From: a virus
Taxonomy: Duplodnaviria > Caudoviricetes
IMG/VR virus record: IMGVR_UViG_3300020598_000002
Location: 1 to 62,695 of that record
Direction: 5' to 3' (one strand)
DNA length: 62,695 nt
Positions 18,879-28,634 of this stretch are shown piece after piece; the stretch's first letter is position 1, and every line of letters starts with the position of its first letter. The notes under the pieces were generated by a model, which made no database searches, was not told where the DNA came from, and saw nothing but the letters and a program-made list of their open reading frames with translations. Position numbers and translations under genes: made by a program.

Positions 18879-19601
18879 ATGGCAAAAAGCGGAAATATAA
18901 AAGGCATTGATTGGCCCGCCGATAAAGTCGAGCGCCGCCCGGTCGATAGCCTCGTCCCCTATGCCCGGAACGCCCGGACGCATTCGGAATCGCAGGTCGC
19001 CCAGATCGCGGCCAGCATCAAGGAATACGGGTTCACCGTCCCGGTCCTGATCGACCCCAAGGGCAACGTCATCGCGGGCCACGGCCGGATCATGGCGGCC
19101 AAGGCGCTGGGCCTGGCCGAAATCCCGGTCATGGTGGCAAAGGGCTGGTCGGCCGCAAAGCGCCGCGCCTATGTCATTCTCGATAACCAGGTCGCGCTCA
19201 ATGCCGGCTGGGACCAAGACCTGCTCAAGCTGGAACTGACGGACCTGCAGGCAGAGGGGTTCGATATCGGCGCGCTCGGGTTCGATGGGCCGCAACTCGC
19301 GGCGGTCATGGACGGCCCGGCGAGCGCCGGCCAATCCGGGGCGGGGTCGCTTTCGGAGAAATTCGGCATCCCGCCATTCTCGGTTCTAAACGCCCGTGAG
19401 GGCTGGTGGCAGGATCGCAAGCGGGCTTGGATCGCGCTGGGCATCCAAAGCGAGCTTGGGCGCGGCGAAAATCTCGCCGAAATGGGCGGGGCTATTGAGC
19501 GCCGCGAGGCCATCAAGCGCAAGACCAATGCGATCCCTGGGGGGCAATGCCGCTTGACCGCGAACGCAGCGCCCGGCGGCATCGCTGATGCCCGCCGCTG
19601 A
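18879..19601 (+). CDS. ParB/Srx-domain protein (N-terminal part of a ParB-methyltransferase locus)
   Basis: LVPYARNARTHS, IAASIKEYGFTVPVLID, IAGHGR, ILDNQ; then FGIPPFSVLNAREGWWQDRKRAW. Confidence 0.85.
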   Translation: MAKSGNIKGIDWPADKVERRPVDSLVPYARNARTHSESQVAQIAASIKEYGFTVPVLIDPKGNVIAGHGRIMAAKALGLAEIPVMVAKGWSAAKRRAYVILDNQVALNAGWDQDLLKLELTDLQAEGFDIGALGFDGPQLAAVMDGPASAGQSGAGSLSEKFGIPPFSVLNAREGWWQDRKRAWIALGIQSELGRGENLAEMGGAIERREAIKRKTNAIPGGQCRLTANAAPGGIADARR

Positions 19602-19691
19602 TTATTCGAGGCGCCGGCGCGGGAACGGCAAGGGCCAAGCCATTGGGTAAGAACGCCCGGACATTCGGCCAAGACCTTATGCGCGGCGAGC

Positions 19692-20353
19692 ATGTTGTTG
19701 GGGGGGGGCAAGGTGAATAAGCCCGCCAAGAATCTAACATGGGTCGGCGGCGACCGCGCCCCGTCGGAACTGGACGAAACCTCCCGCAAGAATCTTGCGG
19801 GAGGTAGGAAAGCCAATAGCCGTGCCGTCGGCACGGCCGAATGGGTTCGCGAACAAGGAAAATCCGGCCTTGCCGGCGAGACCGCCGGAAACGGCACGTC
19901 GATCTTTGATCCGGTCTTGTGCGAGCTGGCCTATCGTTGGTTCTGCCCGCCGGGCGGTTTGATCCTTGACCCGTTCGCGGGCGGCTCGGTTCGCGGCATC
20001 GTCGCCTCAAAGCTCGGCCGCGCCTATCTCGGGATTGATCTTCGCCCGGAACAAATCGCGGCAAACGAGGCGCAAGCGGCGCGGATATGCGGCGATCCCG
20101 CCCCGCGCTGGATCGTAGGGGATAGCCGGAATTTAGCGGCGCTCGCGGCCGGGACCGGGGCGGATTTCGTTTTCTCATGCCCGCCCTATGCGGACCTTGA
20201 GGTTTACAGCGACGACCCGGCCGACCTTTCGACTATGGATTACGCGGATTTCCGCGCGGCCTATTCGGCGATCATCTCGGCGGCCTGCGCGCTGCTAAAG
20301 CCCGATCGGTTTGCCTGCTTTGTCGTGGGCGACGTCCGGGACCGGAAAGGTTT
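19692..20353 (+). pseudogene. DNA methyltransferase truncated by IS1595
   Basis: TSIFDPVLCELAYRWF, ILDPFAGGSVRG, FSCPPY; MTase-like sequence stops at VGDVRDRKG exactly at the IS left end. Confidence 0.8.
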
Positions 20354-20420
20354 GGGAATTATATACTTGACTCCCTCGCCGTTTATTGGCATTCTTTCGC
20401 CATAGAGTGAGGGGTAAACG

Positions 20421-21338
20421 ATGTCCAAGAGCACCATTTCTACCTTCCAGCTTTTTGAGATGTTCCCTGACCAAGAGACCGCGCGATCGTACCTTGAAAG
20501 CCGCCTTTGGCCGGAAGGGCCGAAGTGTCCGGTTTGCGGCCTTGGCGAGCGGATCACGGCACGCGCTGGCGGGTTCTATCGATGTAACCAGTGCAAGGAA
20601 GACTTCACGGTGCGCACCGGCACGATCTTCGAGCGGAGCCACGTTCCCCTGCACAAGTGGATTTACGCGATGTATCTGCTTGTGACGGCCCGCAAAGGCA
20701 TATCCAGCCTGCAACTGTCCAAGCAAATCGGCATTACGCAAAAGTCCGCGTGGTTCGTCCTGCATCGGCTCCGAGAAGCCTGCGGTGACGACCTCACCAA
20801 GCTGCAAGGCATTGTGGAAATCGACGAAACCTATGTCGGCGGAATTGAGAAGAACAAGCACGAGTCCAAAAAGCTCAAGGCGGGTCGCGGCACGGTCGGG
20901 AAGACTGCCGTTGTCGCTATGCGCGAGCGCAAGGGCCGCATGAAGGCGATGGCGGTAGAGGACGCCGATATGGCGACCCTGCATACTAAAATCCACCAGC
21001 ACGTCGTAGTCGGTTCCACCCTGCACACCGATGAGGCTGGCGTTTATCGTGGCCTTGGCGGGCTGTTCTTCAACCACGAAACGGTCAACCACAGCGAAGG
21101 CGAATACGTCCGCGACGGCGTGACCACCAACGGCGTTGAGAGCGTGTTCGCGGTCATGAAGCGTGGTCTGATCGGCGTCTATCACCACGCCAGCAAGAAA
21201 CACCTTGGCCGCTACGTTGACGAGTTTGCCTTCCGCCTGAATGACGGCAACGTGAAGCGTCACACCATGGAGCGGCTGGACAGCTTTGTGGGAGGCACGA
21301 AGGGCAAGCGCTTGACCTACAAGGCTTTGATCCAATGA
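20421..21338 (+). CDS. IS1595-family DDE transposase
   Basis: Zn ribbon CPVC...CNQC, VEIDETYVGG, TDE, VNHS, TTNGVES, KHLGRYVDEFAFRLN. Confidence 0.95.
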   Translation: MSKSTISTFQLFEMFPDQETARSYLESRLWPEGPKCPVCGLGERITARAGGFYRCNQCKEDFTVRTGTIFERSHVPLHKWIYAMYLLVTARKGISSLQLSKQIGITQKSAWFVLHRLREACGDDLTKLQGIVEIDETYVGGIEKNKHESKKLKAGRGTVGKTAVVAMRERKGRMKAMAVEDADMATLHTKIHQHVVVGSTLHTDEAGVYRGLGGLFFNHETVNHSEGEYVRDGVTTNGVESVFAVMKRGLIGVYHHASKKHLGRYVDEFAFRLNDGNVKRHTMERLDSFVGGTKGKRLTYKALIQ

Positions 21339-22021
21339 GGAAGCCCCGCAAGACCCCAAAGGCGCTGGACGCCATCGTGGATAAAGTTCTCGCCTATCGG
21401 CCGAAACCTGCGAGCAAGCCCGCCAAAAAGCGCCAACGTGCGCGCCGAAAGATCGAAAGGAATAAATCCGATGATTGAGCGGCATACCCGCTGGATTACC
21501 GTGTTTCGAAAAACGAACGGCACCGAAGAACGTCTCGGAAGGCACAGATGCGAAACGCCAATGGACGTGCGCACCGCACTTACTCTCTCTGCCGCCCACG
21601 TCTTTGATTTTCCTCAGGAGAATGGCCCCGTGCTTAAGGGCGACTTTGTTGAAACCATCGTCGCCCAAGGCGACGCAGACGGCTCCATGTTCGGAGTAGT
21701 TGGAATCCGGCCTTGCCGTGATGGCGAGTGGGACATCGGGGAGCATGAAGGATGCGGGAAGGACACAGAACGGGCAGTGCGGCGGTACGCCTGACCGATA
21801 GACAGTTTCGTGCGCTCCTGTCTGCCAAGCACAAGGGCAGCGCGGCGCTTGCATTCCATAAGCCGATGCGGACGCTGCTCTCGCTGGTGCGGGTCGGCTA
21901 CATCGAACATCAAGCGCCATGGCGGCTCACGCCCAGCGGGGCCGCCGCCATTGACCGCGCCTGCGGCGTCAACCAGCCGGTTCGCTTGCGCGCTTTCGCA
22001 AATTCGAAGCTTATCCACTAG
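21335..22021 (+). other. IS passenger ORFs (21335-21478, 47 aa basic; 21471-21794; approx. 21752-22021)
   Basis: Overlapping ORFs between the transposase and the right inverted repeat. Confidence 0.55.
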
Positions 22022-22064
22022 AACTTGCTCCCGAGGGAGTCATGTATATAGTTCCCTAACAAAA

Positions 22065-22475
22065 ATGGCAGGCCGCAAGCCCTACACACCGACCCCTGAG
22101 CAGCGCAAACAGGTCGAGACGATGAGCGCCTATGGCATCCCTGGCGCCGAGATCGCCAAGGTGCTGGGCATCCACCGCGCAACGCTCGACCGGCATTACC
22201 GGGAGGAACTGGACCGCGCCTCGACCATGGCAAACGCCAAGGTGGCGGGCTTCCTCTACAAGAACGCCGAGGCCGGCAACGTCACGGCCCAGATATTCTG
22301 GCTCAAGACCCGCGCCCGCTGGAAAGAGCCGCCGGCCGAGCACAAGCATTCCGGCGCGGTCGGCCAATACGATCTGACAAAGGTTTCGGATGCGGACCTC
22401 AAGCGCCTTGAGGCAATCCTCGGGGCTGCCGCCCTTGGCGGCGATACAGGCGGAGATCCGGAGACGGGAGGCTGA
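22065..22475 (+). CDS. Terminase small subunit
   Basis: HTH (IAKVLGIHRATLDRHYREELD), AQIFWLKTRARW; directly upstream of the large subunit. Confidence 0.85.
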   Translation: MAGRKPYTPTPEQRKQVETMSAYGIPGAEIAKVLGIHRATLDRHYREELDRASTMANAKVAGFLYKNAEAGNVTAQIFWLKTRARWKEPPAEHKHSGAVGQYDLTKVSDADLKRLEAILGAAALGGDTGGDPETGG

Positions 22476-23901
22476 ACGCGAGCGCGAGCGCGTCCGGCAG
22501 AATGCCGATGCGATCCGGGCCCGGTGCCAGACCTTGGCGGGCTTCGTCCGCGAGGCATGGCATGTGCTGGAGCCGAACGCCCGCTACGTCCACAACTGGC
22601 ACATCGATTTCATCTGCGACCATCTGCAGGCCGTAACGGAGGGACGGCTTAACCCGCGGCTCCTGATCAACGTGCCGCCCGGCTCGATGAAATCGCTGCT
22701 GGTCTCGGTGTTCTGGCAGGCGTGGGAATGGGGCCCGCGCGGTATGCGCTCGATGCGCTACCTGACCACCGCGTTCAACGAGATCCCGGTCAAGCGCGAC
22801 ACCCGCAAGACCCGCGATCTGATCCTGTCCGAGTGGTATCAATCGCTCTGGCCAGAGGTCAGCCTGACCCGCACCGCGGAGCTTTCGTTCGCCAATAGCG
22901 GGACGGGGACGCGGGAAGGTGTCCCATTCGGGTCGCTCACCTCACAGCGCGGCGACCGGTTGATCCTAGACGATCCGCATTCGGTCGAGCTCGCCGAGTC
23001 CGAGACGGAGAGGGCCAACACGACCCGGAAATTCCGGGAAGGCGCGCTGAACCGCCTGAACGACCAGGCCAGATCGGCAATCGTGGTCATCATGCAGCGC
23101 CTGCATGAGGACGACATCGCGGGGACCATCCTGAAACTCGGGATGGATTTCACGCACGTCATGCTGCCGATGGAATTCGAACCGGAGCGGGCCTGCGTCA
23201 CGCCGATCGGCAAAGACCCGCGGCAATGGGATGGTGATCTGCTCGACCCGGGGCGCTTCCCGCGTGAGGTCGTGCAAGGGCTCAAGGACGGCATGGGGCA
23301 GTACGCCTATGCCGGCCAGTACCAGCAGAGGCCCGCGCCGCGCGAGGGCGGCATCTTCAAGCGGCATTGGTTCGAGATCGTGCCGGCCGCGCCGGCGAAT
23401 GCCCGCCGGTGCCGCGGATGGGACTTGGCCGCGAGCAAATCGTCGACGTCGGCCTATACCGCTGGTGTCCGCCTCTCGGTCCTGAACGGGGTCTATTACA
23501 TCGAGGACGTGGCGCGAGGGCGCGAGGAAGCGGCCGGCGTCGAGCGGATGATCCTCAACACGGCCAGGCTGGACGGCATGGGGTGCAAGATCAGCATCCC
23601 GCAAGACCCGGGACAGGCCGGTAAGGCCCAGGTCGCGGCGTTCGCAAGGCTGCTGGCCGGGTTCAATTGCCGGTTCTCACCGGAGTCGGGCGACAAGGAA
23701 TCCCGCGCCCTCCCGGTCTCAGCTCAGGCCGCAGTCGGCAATGTGAAGATCGTCAAGGGCCCGTGGAACGACGCCTTCCTCGACGAGATCACATCGTTCC
23801 CGGCCGGCACATACAAAGACCAGACCGACGCGCTGAGCCGGGCCTTCGCTGAATTGCTGCCGGCCGAGCCGCGCATCGTCATCCAATCCGCTTGGGGCTG
23901 A
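22390..23901 (+). CDS. terL: Terminase large subunit (start uncertain)
   Basis: NVPPGSMKS, LILDDPH, IMQRLHEDD, YQQRP, GWDLAAS, KDQTDA. Confidence 0.95.
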   Translation: MRTSSALRQSSGLPPLAAIQAEIRRREAERERERVRQNADAIRARCQTLAGFVREAWHVLEPNARYVHNWHIDFICDHLQAVTEGRLNPRLLINVPPGSMKSLLVSVFWQAWEWGPRGMRSMRYLTTAFNEIPVKRDTRKTRDLILSEWYQSLWPEVSLTRTAELSFANSGTGTREGVPFGSLTSQRGDRLILDDPHSVELAESETERANTTRKFREGALNRLNDQARSAIVVIMQRLHEDDIAGTILKLGMDFTHVMLPMEFEPERACVTPIGKDPRQWDGDLLDPGRFPREVVQGLKDGMGQYAYAGQYQQRPAPREGGIFKRHWFEIVPAAPANARRCRGWDLAASKSSTSAYTAGVRLSVLNGVYYIEDVARGREEAAGVERMILNTARLDGMGCKISIPQDPGQAGKAQVAAFARLLAGFNCRFSPESGDKESRALPVSAQAAVGNVKIVKGPWNDAFLDEITSFPAGTYKDQTDALSRAFAELLPAEPRIVIQSAWG

Positions 23902-23905
23902 GTAA

Positions 23906-25435
23906 ATGTCCGACGAGTTCAAGCCAGACGCGGTGTCGGATGATTACTCCGAGCAGATCGCGTTCTGGACCATGGTCGGCGCGATCCTGAGCGGGGAGGC
24001 CGCGGTCAAGGCCGGGAAGCAACGCTATCTGCCGAAATTCGTGTCGGAAACCGATGCGCAATACGCGGCGCGGCTGGAGCATTCCCCGTTCACAAACATC
24101 TTCGGGGACATCTCGAAAAACCTGGCGTCGAAGCCGTTCTCAAAGCCCCTCGAAATGGGCAAGGGCGCGACCGATCAGCACAAGAAGCTGGCGGAGAATA
24201 TCGACGGGCAGGGCAACAACCTGCATGTGTTCGGCTCAGTCGTGTTCAAGTCCGCCTTGGAGAAAGGCATCGACTGGATCCTCGTCGACTACACGCGGGC
24301 CAGGCCACGAGCGGACGGCAAGCCCCTGACCCTAGCCGATGAGCGTGAGCAGGGCCTGCGGCCTTACTGGGTCCGCATCCCGTGCGAAAGCATGGTCGCG
24401 GTCTATTCCGTGTTCATCGGCGGGGTCGAGACGATCTATCACGCCAGGATCAGGGAATGTGGTGTCGAGGTAGACGACAACCTGAAAGAGACGAAGGTCG
24501 ATCGCATCCGGTTCCTGAAGCGGGAATTGATCCGGGACGAAATGCTCAACGTGGTCGGGCTCGGCCCGGCCGTGTGGGAGCTCTGGGAGCAGCGCACCGG
24601 GACGGACGGAAAGACAGCGTGGACGATGGTCGATAGCGGCCCGATCACGATTGGCGTGATCCCGCTCGTCCCCGTGGTGTTTGGCAAGCGCCGGGGTGGG
24701 TCGTGGGTCGTAGAGCCGCCGCTCCGGGACCTGGCCCACATGCAGATGACCGAATACCGGCAAGAGTCGAATCTGGAGTGGGTCAAGATCATGACCTGCT
24801 TCCCGATGCTCTGCATTTCGGGGATGTCGGAGAACGATGATGCCGGGAAGCCGCGCAAGATCGCGGTGGGCCCAAACGCGGCATTCATCATCCCGCCCAA
24901 CCAGAACGGGACCGGCCCGGCCGGCGAGGCAAAGTTCGTCGAACCCTCGGCAGGATCGATCAAGGAAAATCGAGAACAGCTCGAACTCACGCGCAAGGAG
25001 ATGCGCGACCTCGGGATGCAGCCGTTGACGCAATCGGCTCTGACCGTCGTCACCACCGCGAACGTGTCGAAAAAGGCATCGAGCGCGGTGCAGGCGTGGG
25101 CCTATCTCTTCCAGGATGCGCTTGAGCAGGCTTGGAAGCTGACCGGCATGTGGCTCGGTCAGACCATTGAGCCGGAGATCGTCGTCCACACCGATTTCGC
25201 CGTCGAGATGGAAAGCGGCAATGAACTCGACGCCATCATCAAGGCGGTCGCCGCCGGCCTCATCTCGAAGGAAACGGGGTTCGACGAACTGAAGCGCCGG
25301 ATGACCATCGTGACCGAGCGCACCTTCGAAGAAGAGCAAGAACTGATCGCCGGCGAACAGCAGGGCATGGAAGGCGAGGAGGAGATCGACCCTCGCACCG
25401 GACAGCCGATCAAAAAGGAGCCAGCCGATGTTTAA
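23906..25435 (+). CDS. Portal protein (DUF4055-like)
   Basis: 509 aa after terL; YLPKF..ETDAQYAARL, NIDGQGNNL, ILVDY, PPLRDLA. Confidence 0.85.
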   Translation: MSDEFKPDAVSDDYSEQIAFWTMVGAILSGEAAVKAGKQRYLPKFVSETDAQYAARLEHSPFTNIFGDISKNLASKPFSKPLEMGKGATDQHKKLAENIDGQGNNLHVFGSVVFKSALEKGIDWILVDYTRARPRADGKPLTLADEREQGLRPYWVRIPCESMVAVYSVFIGGVETIYHARIRECGVEVDDNLKETKVDRIRFLKRELIRDEMLNVVGLGPAVWELWEQRTGTDGKTAWTMVDSGPITIGVIPLVPVVFGKRRGGSWVVEPPLRDLAHMQMTEYRQESNLEWVKIMTCFPMLCISGMSENDDAGKPRKIAVGPNAAFIIPPNQNGTGPAGEAKFVEPSAGSIKENREQLELTRKEMRDLGMQPLTQSALTVVTTANVSKKASSAVQAWAYLFQDALEQAWKLTGMWLGQTIEPEIVVHTDFAVEMESGNELDAIIKAVAAGLISKETGFDELKRRMTIVTERTFEEEQELIAGEQQGMEGEEEIDPRTGQPIKKEPADV

Positions 25436-25649
25436 GCTCTTGTGGGCCATCGCCGTTATGACCGCTCAAGGACCGATGCAGGGCACTATCCCGGAGAGCA
25501 CCACGTTCAAGGACCGGGCCGCGTGTGAGGCGTTCGGGGCTGAAATGACGCCGCGCCTGCAGGACTGGGCGCGTGGCAGGCTCAACGCGGACTGGAATAT
25601 CGAGGTGCGATCCGCGTTCCGCTGTGAGCCCGCGGGCGATCCGGCCTGA
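25428..25649 (+). CDS. Small hypothetical protein with hydrophobic N-terminus
   Basis: 73 aa, two Cys, GGAG RBS. Confidence 0.55.
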   Translation: MFKLLWAIAVMTAQGPMQGTIPESTTFKDRAACEAFGAEMTPRLQDWARGRLNADWNIEVRSAFRCEPAGDPA

Positions 25650-25650
25650 C

Positions 25651-26379
25651 ATGCACCGCATCTATCTTGGTTTCGACCCGCGGGAGGCGGACGCCTTCGC
25701 CGTGGCGAGGCATAGCATCCGCCGGCACAACCCGCCGCCGCGCGACATGGAAATCCGCGGCGTGGTGCTGGACAAGCTGAAAGAGTCCGGGCTCTACACG
25801 CGGCCGATCGAAACGCGGCGCGGCGTCGACCGGCCCGTGATGTGGGACGTGATCAGCGGCGCGCCGATGGCGACGCAGCACGCCGTGTCCCGATTCATGG
25901 TCCCGATCATCCAGCGGCACGGCCTGGCGCTGTTCATGGACTGCGACGTACTGGTCAGGGCCTCGCTGCAACCGCTGTTCGAGATCGCCCGGGCCGATCC
26001 GTCAAAAGCGGTATGGGTCGTGAAGCATCGGCACGAGCCGGGCGAAGGCGTGAAGATGGATGGGCAGGAGCAGACCGCCTACGCCCGCAAGAACTGGTCA
26101 TCGGTCTGCCTCTGGAACTGCGATCATCCCGCGACGCGCGCCCTGACCCTCGAAATGGTCAACACGCTGCCCGGCCGTGATCTGCACCGGTTCTGCTGGA
26201 TGCCGGACGAGGCGATCGGCGAACTCGGGCGCGAGTGGAATCACCTTGTTGGCGTCAACAAGGTGAACCCGGACGCGAAGATCGCGCACTTCACGCTCGG
26301 GCTGCCGTCAATGACCGGCTACCACGGCTGCGAGTTCGCGGACGAATGGCGCGAAGAGTTGAGCAGGTGGGCGGCATGA
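25651..26379 (+). CDS. GT-A glycosyltransferase (GT8-like)
   Basis: IYLGFDPRE, SRFMVP, FMDCD (DxD), RKNWSS, EWNHLV, AHFTLGLP. Confidence 0.85.
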   Translation: MHRIYLGFDPREADAFAVARHSIRRHNPPPRDMEIRGVVLDKLKESGLYTRPIETRRGVDRPVMWDVISGAPMATQHAVSRFMVPIIQRHGLALFMDCDVLVRASLQPLFEIARADPSKAVWVVKHRHEPGEGVKMDGQEQTAYARKNWSSVCLWNCDHPATRALTLEMVNTLPGRDLHRFCWMPDEAIGELGREWNHLVGVNKVNPDAKIAHFTLGLPSMTGYHGCEFADEWREELSRWAA

Positions 26380-26382
26380 TGC

Positions 26383-26457
26383 TTGCCGCCAGTCATAGGA
26401 GCCCGTAGAATCAGCGAGCCGACGCAGTGTTGGAAGCACTGAGCCGGCTCTAACCAG
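26383..26457 (+). promoter_or_regulatory. Sigma70-like promoter and structured leader of the HNH gene
   Basis: TTGCCG-17 nt-TAGAAT (26383-26411); hairpin GAGCCG..CAGTGTT-GGA-AGCACTG..CGGCTC. Confidence 0.6.
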
Positions 26458-26479
26458 CCCCACCTTGTAGGAGGTCGAG

Positions 26480-27070
26480 ATGGCTAAGAAGGTCGTATCA
26501 GACCTTGACCGGCTTTTTAAGTCAGTCGAGATCACCATAGACAGTTGTTGGATTTGGACCGGCCCCTTCGATAAGGACGGCTATGCCCGCCAGATGAAGG
26601 TCGGGAGCCGAACAGACAACAGCCGCCGGATGGTCCGCCCGCATCGCTTGGTCTACGAGGCAACCGTAGGGCCGATCCCGGAAGGCTTCACAATCGACCA
26701 CCTGTGCCGCCGCCGCTGTTGCCTTAACCCGGCGCATCTTGAGCCGGTGACGACCCGTGAGAACACACAGCGCGGCTCGCGCAAGAACAAAGCACACTGC
26801 AAGAACGGGCACCCTCTCAGCGGCGACAATCTGTACCTCTACGCCAGCGGCTACCGGGCTTGCAAAACCTGCCGGAACGAATTCGCGAAGCGCCACCGCC
26901 GCAAGACAAACGGTGCCGCACAGCGGAAATATTCCGAAATAAACCGAGAAAAGCGGCGTTTGGAGCAAGCGGCGCGGCGGGCTGCATGGAGCCCGGAACG
27001 CCTGCAGAAAGAGCGTGAACGGTATCGCGCTTATGACGCCAAACGCCGCGCGCGAGGGTCGGGAGGCTAA
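26480..27070 (+). CDS. Free-standing HNH homing endonuclease
   Basis: CWIWTG, HRLVYE, IDHLCRRRCCLNPAHLEPVTTREN, HCKNGH...RACKTC. Confidence 0.92.
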   Translation: MAKKVVSDLDRLFKSVEITIDSCWIWTGPFDKDGYARQMKVGSRTDNSRRMVRPHRLVYEATVGPIPEGFTIDHLCRRRCCLNPAHLEPVTTRENTQRGSRKNKAHCKNGHPLSGDNLYLYASGYRACKTCRNEFAKRHRRKTNGAAQRKYSEINREKRRLEQAARRAAWSPERLQKERERYRAYDAKRRARGSGG

Positions 27071-27071
27071 A

Positions 27072-27854
27072 ATCGGTATTGGTGACAATGTAATCGCGAC
27101 CGGGCTCGCCCGCGGTGCGGCGGCGCGCGGCAAGCGCATCGCGTTCGGTGACGGCAAGCGGATCATCTGGGACCACAACAGCGAGCCGATCTTCCGGGGC
27201 AACCCGAACATCGCGCCGCCCGGATCGGAACGCGACAGCGATATCGAGTGGAATCCGTTCCGCAAGGGAAACCGCCTCTACAACGAACACGACGTCCCCG
27301 GAAACCGCTGGCGCTGGAACATGAACTGGCGCTGCACGCCGGGGGAATTGTTCTTCTCAGGTGAGGAACTGGTCTTTGCCCGGAAGGTCGGTGCCGGCTT
27401 CGTGGTGATCGAGCCGCACATTGAGGCCTGGAAATCCTGCGCCCCGAACAAGCAATGGCCGCGTGATCGATTTGCAGAGGTTGCGCGACGCCTCAAGAAA
27501 GACGGCGCGCGCGTGGTTCAATTTTCGTATCCGAATGCGATGCCGCTTCCTGATGTGGAGAGCATCGCGACTCCATCGTTCCGTCACGCGGCGGCGGTCC
27601 TTGCGAACGCGGCGCTCTATGTTGGTCCTGAAGGCGGCCTGCACCATGCGGCGGCGGCTGTCGGAGTGAAAGGCGTGGTGATCTTCGGCTCGTGGATACC
27701 GCCAGAGGTCACGGGCTACGACATGCATGTGAATATCGGATCGGACACGCGCTATTGCGGGTCGCTTTCGGCTTGTCCGCACTGCCGGCGCGCGCTGGAC
27801 GCGATCACGGTTGAGCAGGTTTACGAGGCCGCGGCCTCGATCTTGGGAGGATGA
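27072..27854 (+). CDS. GT-B glycosyltransferase (GT9-like), apparent ATC start
   Basis: GIGD N-terminus, NKQWP, AAAVLANAALYVGPEGGLHHAAAAVG, VVIFG; GGAGG RBS 5 nt before ATC. Confidence 0.8.
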   Translation: MGIGDNVIATGLARGAAARGKRIAFGDGKRIIWDHNSEPIFRGNPNIAPPGSERDSDIEWNPFRKGNRLYNEHDVPGNRWRWNMNWRCTPGELFFSGEELVFARKVGAGFVVIEPHIEAWKSCAPNKQWPRDRFAEVARRLKKDGARVVQFSYPNAMPLPDVESIATPSFRHAAAVLANAALYVGPEGGLHHAAAAVGVKGVVIFGSWIPPEVTGYDMHVNIGSDTRYCGSLSACPHCRRALDAITVEQVYEAAASILGG

Positions 27855-27855
27855 G

Positions 27856-28092
27856 ATGGAAAAGCTGATCGCGGAACTGAAGGAAGCGCAAGAGGACTAC
27901 GAGAAGGCCATCCAAGCGGAAAGCATCGCGCGGTCGCGGCGCACCGACGCGCTGAACAAGCTGAACCAAGCGCAGCGCGAGGTCGATAAGGCGGTCGAGG
28001 CTCTGAAAAAGATGGCGCCGGGTGACAGTGATTGGAGGCGGGCCGAGCGCACCGGCATGGGAACGTCACCGGTGATTAACCGCGCCGCATGA
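27856..28092 (+). CDS. Small coiled-coil protein
   Basis: Helical, charge-rich 78 aa with GGAGG RBS. Confidence 0.6.
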   Translation: MEKLIAELKEAQEDYEKAIQAESIARSRRTDALNKLNQAQREVDKAVEALKKMAPGDSDWRRAERTGMGTSPVINRAA

Positions 28093-28634
28093 CCGAGCGC
28101 CTTCACCGCCGCGTCGCCGGGCACCACGACATCCGGCTTGACGGCCTGACCGATCTTCTGTTGCGCGCCCCGGGGGCCTCGGTTCTCGACATCGGCTGCA
28201 ATCGCGGCCTGGTCGGCTTCGAGTTCTTCGCCAACGGGGCATCCAAGGTCCACGGCGTCGATATCTATGCCGAGGGGATCGAAACGGCGCGGCACCTGTT
28301 TTGCGATCTGCGGAATTGCGAGTCCCGGTTCGAGGTCCGCGACCTGACCAAGCCGGATGCTCTGGACTGGTGCGACGCGCAATACACCATCGTCGTGATG
28401 CTCGCGACGTATCACAAGCTGAAACGGGTGATGAGCGCGGGCGAGATGAGCGCGCTGATCGGGCGGATCGGGCGGCGGACCGGCAAGTATTTCGCGTGGC
28501 GGGCCACGTCATTCGACCATGCCGCAAATGAGGAAGAAATGCGGGCGCTGGACCGCGATCTGGGTTTGAAGCGCGTCCACACCTCGTATCTCTCGAAAGA
28601 CCTTGGCGTGGCGGCGATCTGGGAGCGGAAGTGA
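28089..28634 (+). CDS. Class I SAM-dependent methyltransferase
   Basis: SVLDIGCNRG, VHGVD. Confidence 0.85.
   Translation: MTERLHRRVAGHHDIRLDGLTDLLLRAPGASVLDIGCNRGLVGFEFFANGASKVHGVDIYAEGIETARHLFCDLRNCESRFEVRDLTKPDALDWCDAQYTIVVMLATYHKLKRVMSAGEMSALIGRIGRRTGKYFAWRATSFDHAANEEEMRALDRDLGLKRVHTSYLSKDLGVAAIWERK

Larger units (their letters stand above)
20354..22056 (+). mobile_element. IS1595-family element (1703 bp) with passenger ORFs
   Basis: 25-bp terminal inverted repeats GGGAATTATATACTTGACTCCCTCG (20354-20378) and 22032-22056 (2 mismatches); no target duplication. Confidence 0.9.

Noticed and set aside
21810-22064. N-terminal extension of the small terminase ORF from the ORF track
   Set aside because: It lies inside the IS element; terminase-like sequence begins at ATG 22065
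26380-27071. Group I intron around the HNH gene
   Set aside because: Only about 100 nt of non-coding flank, no recognisable catalytic core, and the gene has its own promoter and RBS
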